Positions 32,521 to 36,358 of a stretch of 36,358 nucleotides of DNA are shown piece after piece. Source of the DNA: Chloroflexaceae bacterium (lineage in GTDB: Bacteria > Chloroflexota > Chloroflexia > Chloroflexales > Chloroflexaceae); assembly GCA_034429295.1 (NCBI GenBank), contig DAOUGF010000174.1:1-36358 (forward strand), written 5' to 3'. Below the pieces are notes generated by a model that saw nothing but the letters and a program-made list of their open reading frames with translations, did no database searches and had not been told where the DNA came from. The stretch's first letter is position 1, and every line of letters begins with the position of its first letter. The translations under genes were made by a program, and so were the position numbers.

Positions 32521-32620
32521 AGTGTCACAAGCACCGTCTTCCTAAGCAGGGCGGCCGCCTCCGAGGGCTCTCTGCATATGGCCGGCGCAGCGAGCGTCCT
32601 GTAGGCAAGCCGTAGGAGGG

Positions 32621-33736
32621 TCAGGCTCCGCTGAGGCGGTCGTAGAGCTGCTGGAGCTGAGCGTCGTCGAAGAGCGTGATCGTCAGGCGAATGGTTGAGC
32701 CGCTGCGCGTGAGCTGGACTGGCGTCTCAAGGATTTCCTCGAACAGCCGTTGCGCCTCGGCATCCTCCGGCGACAAGGTCCGCTGTGAGCGAGGCTCGAC
32801 TCCAGCGGCAACGCGCTCCTGACCTTCCGGCTCGCGGCGGCGCTGCTGAGCGTCGGTCTGCTGTCGTACCTGAGCCACCGCCCGGTCGATTGGCGCGCCT
32901 TCCGCGATCAGGTCGGCAAGCTGCTCCGCCTCACGGACCCCAAGGCCAAGGCTGAGAATCCGCTCCAGCGCCGCCGCCTGCCGGTCGAGCTCCTCGATAC
33001 GCAGCAGCGCCAGCGCCTGGCCCACGTTAATTGCCCCACTCAGCAGGGCATCACGGGCCGGCTGGCCGAGTTGCTCGTGATGAGCTAGCTCAGCAAGACG
33101 CTCGGCTTCGCGCACGCTCATATCGCGCCGCAGAAGCAACTGGAGGGCCGCCTCCTGCGCTGCCGGCTCCTCAAAGCGCAGCAGGGCGCGGCCGTGGCCT
33201 GCGCTCAAATCGCCAGACAGCAGCGCCTCGCGGGCGGCCGGGGTGAGCTTGATAAGCCGGCGCGTGTTTACTACCGCCACACGGCTCTTGCCAACGCGCC
33301 GGGCGATCGCCTCATCGCTCAGGCCGAACTCGTCCTTGAGCGTCTGATACGCCAGGCCCTCTTCGAGCGGGTTGAGGTCGGCCCGCTGCACATTCTCGAC
33401 CAGAGCCAACTCCAAGAGTTGCTGGGGGGTGGCGGCCTTCACCAGCACGGGCACCTCCCGTAGCCCGGCCAGGCGCGCAGCCCGCAACCGCCGCTCCCCT
33501 GCGATCAACTCATAGGCGCCGCTGCTATCCTCGCTGACGATCAGTGGCTGGATGACCCCATGCTCGCGGATGGAGTCAGCGAGCTCAGCCAGAGCCAGAT
33601 CGTCGAACTGAGAGCGCGGCTGGTTACGGTTCTGACGGATGGCATCAACCGAGACCTGCCGCACGGCTTCGCCGCCCCCCGCGACACTAGGGATCAATGC
33701 GTCGAGGCCGCTACCAAGCCCGCGCCGGCGGCTCAT
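32621..33736 (-). CDS. parB: Chromosome partitioning protein ParB/Spo0J (long form with a duplicated post-HTH module)
   Basis: 371-aa ORF. Motifs RRGLGSGLDALIP, HGVIQPLIV and LIAGERRLRAARLAG; HTH segment IARRVGKSRVAVVNTRRLIKL. The ATG overlaps the parA stop as ATGA. Confidence 0.93.
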   Translation of the reverse strand: MSRRRGLGSGLDALIPSVAGGGEAVRQVSVDAIRQNRNQPRSQFDDLALAELADSIREHGVIQPLIVSEDSSGAYELIAGERRLRAARLAGLREVPVLVKAATPQQLLELALVENVQRADLNPLEEGLAYQTLKDEFGLSDEAIARRVGKSRVAVVNTRRLIKLTPAAREALLSGDLSAGHGRALLRFEEPAAQEAALQLLLRRDMSVREAERLAELAHHEQLGQPARDALLSGAINVGQALALLRIEELDRQAAALERILSLGLGVREAEQLADLIAEGAPIDRAVAQVRQQTDAQQRRREPEGQERVAAGVEPRSQRTLSPEDAEAQRLFEEILETPVQLTRSGSTIRLTITLFDDAQLQQLYDRLSGA

Positions 33737-34575
33737 CGCTTACCCTCCTCGCGCTCGAGCACCTCATCAGCCAGCGCAGCGTAGGCCTGAGCGCTTCGAC
33801 CCTGAGGGTCGTACTCGGCGATCAGCTTGCCGTGGCTGGGCGCTTCGGAGAGCCTGATGCTGCGTGGGATCAGCGTGCGAAAGACGAGCCTGGGGAAGTG
33901 GCGCTGCACCTCATCGACGACCTGCTGCGCCAGGTTTGTCCGTCCATCATACATAGTCATGACAACCCCGAGAATCCGCAAGGTGGGGTTGAGCCCATCA
34001 CGCACGCGGTCGAGCGTCGCCTTCAGCTGAGCGAGGCCCTCAAGGGCAAGATATTCGCACTGCAGGGGGATGATCACGCTATCGGCTGCATAGAGGGCGT
34101 TGAGCGTCAACAGACCCAAGGAGGGCGGGCAGTCGATCAAGATATAGTCATAGCGCCCAGCAACCTGCTCAATAGCATTGGCAAGCCGTCGCTCTCGCCG
34201 CTCGGCCGCCGTGAGCTCGACGGCGGCACCGGCAAGATCTTGGTCAGCCGCCACAAGCTCGAGCCGTTCTCTCCCACTAGGGATGATGCTCTCCTCGGCG
34301 GCTTCCTCATCCATCAGCAGATCGTAGGTGGTCGCCTTGAGCTCACCCTTGTTGATGCCCAAGCTCGTTGTGGCGTTTCCTTGTGGGTCGCCATCGATCA
34401 GCAGGACCTGTCGCCCGCGGCGAGCGAGCTCGCCGGCAAGGTTGACTGCCGTGGTCGTTTTGCCCACGCCGCCTTTCTGATTTGCGAAGGCAATAATACG
34501 GGCGCGAACGCGCTCAGGTCTGTGTTTCACGTGAAACACCTGCGTACGGGTGGATTCCTCAGTGCATTGTAACAT
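33733..34575 (-). CDS. parA: Chromosome partitioning ATPase ParA/Soj
   Basis: 280-aa ORF with the deviant Walker A FANQKGGVGKTTT, plus IDGDPQGN and YDYILIDCPPSLG. The start is uncertain: ATG 34575 versus the GTG inside the parS palindrome, which would give VKHRPERVRARIIAF... Confidence 0.92.
   Translation of the reverse strand: MLQCTEESTRTQVFHVKHRPERVRARIIAFANQKGGVGKTTTAVNLAGELARRGRQVLLIDGDPQGNATTSLGINKGELKATTYDLLMDEEAAEESIIPSGRERLELVAADQDLAGAAVELTAAERRERRLANAIEQVAGRYDYILIDCPPSLGLLTLNALYAADSVIIPLQCEYLALEGLAQLKATLDRVRDGLNPTLRILGVVMTMYDGRTNLAQQVVDEVQRHFPRLVFRTLIPRSIRLSEAPSHGKLIAEYDPQGRSAQAYAALADEVLEREEGKR
34523..34538. other. parS: parS centromere-like site (perfect consensus TGTTTCACGTGAAACA) at the 5' end of parA
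   Basis: This is an exact 16-bp consensus, or an 18-bp palindrome GTGTTTCACGTGAAACAC at 34522..34539. In the long parA reading frame it encodes VFHVKH. Confidence 0.8.
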
Positions 34576-34710
34576 GCCGCCACGTCACCCTGCAGGCGGA
34601 CCGGCCCCGGCGGAAGTTTCTGCGTCTTTTGACCAAAGATCACAACAGCACACGGGCGCCCACAACAAGGCGTCCCAACGGCGCTTCCCTCAGAAGCATT
34701 GCGGTGTCCC

Positions 34711-34814
34711 GCTAGCGCAGTTTCAGACGGCCTCTTTTGTCGCCTGGCTTTCTGGCTCTCTGAGACTATAACTGTACGGATTACGGGCTACGGATTATGC
34801 TGTACGGCCACTAG
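34711..34814 (-). repeat. Composite intergenic repeat, copy D, abutting the M23 peptidase stop codon
   Basis: The minus strand reads CTAGTGGCCGTACAGCATAATCCGTAGCCCGTAATCCGTACAGTTATAGTCTCAGAGAGCCAGAAAGCCAGGCGACAAAAGAGGCCGTCTGAAACTGCGCTAGC. The TAG stop of the peptidase is the terminal CTAG (34814..34811). Confidence 0.65.
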
Positions 34815-36253
34815 GGTAAGAAGCGCAGTGGGTCCACCGCCCGCCCGTTGAGCAACACCGTCAAATGGAGATGCACGCCGGTCGAGTAGCCGCCCCCGGC
34901 GCGATCAAAGGTGCTGCCCATATACCCGATCAGTTCGCCAACTGTTACCTCATCGCCCCGCTTCACGACCGGCTGATCGATAAGGTGGCCATAGATCGTT
35001 TCCATGCCACCATCGTGGACCAGCTTCACACAGTAGCCGTAGCCACTGCACCAGCCCGCCTCCTTCACCCAACCGGTGCGAGCCGCTACGATCGGCGTCC
35101 AGGCCCGATTGGCGATATCGATCCCATTATGATGACTTCCCCAGCGCGGACCGAAGCGGGACGTGATCGTCCCGCGGGCGGGCCAGGTCCAGCGCGGCGG
35201 CGCCGGCGGGAAATCGTTGGTCAGCGGGAGCGTCTCCAGAACTTCCGGCGCAACATCGAGCATATCGGCTCGCACCCAGCCACGGCTTGCGCCGAGCTGC
35301 ACCTGCAGCCAATCCTCGTGACGCGCCTGTAGAATCAGGCGCCGCCCGGCGTCCAGCTGCGCCAGACGGGGATGCTCCGTGCTTGGGCCGCTGCGCATGT
35401 TCGTCTGCCCCTCTCGCACCACCCCTGCGGGCTCCACGCTACGCGAGGCCAGGCCTTGGAGACCTCCGAGCGCCTGCAGCCAATCGGCGGGCAGCTCTCG
35501 CTGCGCCCCCGGGATAAACAGCTCGCTACCCGGACGTAGCTCCAGCGCCGCGCCGATGTTGTTCGCCGGGAACGTGGCGATCGCTTCGATAGGGACCCCG
35601 AAACGCTCGGCCAACGTTTCCATCGTCTCGCCAGGAGCGACGACATGGGGGACGCCGGCGACATGGGGGATGCGAAGCAGCTGGCCAGCCACGAGCGCGT
35701 CGCCGGCCTCAAGGCCGTTCGCCCACACCAACGTCTCCAAGTTCACATCATAGCGCGCAGCAACCTCCCCCAGCGTCTCGCCCGGCTCGAGCTGGTGCCA
35801 TGCCTTATACGCGCTAGCGACCTCGATCGGCCGCGAGTTGGCAGGCGCGAGAGGCGACGGCCCCGCCGTCACTTTGATTGGACCGATCGCCAGTGGCGCA
35901 ATAGGCCCCACGGCATAGGCCGCGCTCTGTACTCCAAGCTGCGGCGATGATCGCAGCTCAACCTGCGCCATTACCTCGGCGAGGCCGGAAACCCGGGCGA
36001 GACTCTCGCCCGCCAGGATCAGCGCCACCAGGATACAGAGACTCAAGTGGCGTACGAGGCGGACCTGCGCCGGGCCGCGCAGGCCATCGAAGATCGCCCG
36101 CACAGCTGCAGCAGCGCCACGCTTCCCCTCAGCGCTCACGGCTGGGGCTGGAAGCCCGCGGACGCGGGCTAGGGCAGCGAGTGCCAAGGCCGATCGCCGC
36201 GCGCTCTGTGCGGGCCTACGCATACCTGGCCGGCCCAACATCTCCCCGCTCAC
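34811..36253 (-). CDS. Secreted or membrane-anchored M23 family metallopeptidase with two LysM domains and an SH3b-like domain
   Basis: 480-aa ORF. LysM-like segments: HQLEPGETLGEVAARYDVNLETLVWANGL and HVVAPGETMETLAERFGVPIEAI. SH3-like segment: TNMRSGPSTEHPRLAQLDAGRRLILQARHEDWLQVQL. M23 motifs: HNGIDIA and GVHLHL. The start (GTG 36253, ATG 36241 or ATG 36223) is unresolved. Confidence 0.87.
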   Translation of the reverse strand: MSGEMLGRPGMRRPAQSARRSALALAALARVRGLPAPAVSAEGKRGAAAAVRAIFDGLRGPAQVRLVRHLSLCILVALILAGESLARVSGLAEVMAQVELRSSPQLGVQSAAYAVGPIAPLAIGPIKVTAGPSPLAPANSRPIEVASAYKAWHQLEPGETLGEVAARYDVNLETLVWANGLEAGDALVAGQLLRIPHVAGVPHVVAPGETMETLAERFGVPIEAIATFPANNIGAALELRPGSELFIPGAQRELPADWLQALGGLQGLASRSVEPAGVVREGQTNMRSGPSTEHPRLAQLDAGRRLILQARHEDWLQVQLGASRGWVRADMLDVAPEVLETLPLTNDFPPAPPRWTWPARGTITSRFGPRWGSHHNGIDIANRAWTPIVAARTGWVKEAGWCSGYGYCVKLVHDGGMETIYGHLIDQPVVKRGDEVTVGELIGYMGSTFDRAGGGYSTGVHLHLTVLLNGRAVDPLRFLP

Positions 36254-36358
36254 GGATCATCCCTTGCCCGCTGCCGCCGGCAGGCAGGCAATACCAGAGA
36301 GTACCATACGAAACACATGTGCGCCTTGTATGCTCTCCGTCGGGAAACGCCGGAGAGC

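Noticed and set aside
33697-34572. 291-aa + ORF
   Set aside because: It is antisense to parA.

Overview
High-GC (~65%) bacterial chromosomal window. The gene content looks Chloroflexota-like, but that is a low-confidence inference. I support about 33 protein-coding genes and found no rRNA, tRNA, CRISPR array, transposase, integrase or recognisable defence genes. On the minus strand, 36.2 to 29.9 kb reads as one long co-oriented block: LysM/SH3/M23 peptidase, parA, parB, a hypothetical protein, a UbiA prenyltransferase, gatC and a membrane protein. Two perfect consensus parS sites (TGTTTCACGTGAAACA) lie in this block, so the window probably sits in the origin-proximal partition region. Elsewhere the window holds housekeeping and accessory genes:
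- 1 to 22 kb: rtcB (partial), S41 peptidase, rsmE, manA-like, VanW, LysR, pcrA, cytochrome c, ECF sigma/anti-sigma, methyltransferase, a 1069-aa GH31, metallophosphoesterase, aldo/keto reductase, M20 peptidase and asnS.
- 22.1 to 29.9 kb: a looser, repeat-rich accessory stretch with DUF2171, DUF2231, DUF2243 plus a CtaG-like protein, a divergent MFS/TetR pair, GNAT and a cyclase.

I did not find a novel multi-gene protein system. The most unusual content is non-coding:
1. A composite intergenic repeat family with six clear and two degenerate copies. Each has CTAG termini, a short-period CCGTA/GTAGTC array, a ~75-nt core, and an A-tract plus hairpin. It often abuts or supplies the stop codon of the upstream gene, and it reads as an intrinsic terminator on the opposite strand.
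2. A ~137-bp palindromic element nested inside one of those copies.
3. Two CGCGAA-rich direct repeats that bracket pcrA. One of them encodes the last codons of the LysR gene.
4. A parS site buried in a 40-bp palindromic bidirectional terminator.

Many long ORFs in the supplied track are antisense or out-of-frame shadows typical of high-GC DNA and were rejected. All similarity statements are by eye from the sequence. No searches or computations were run.
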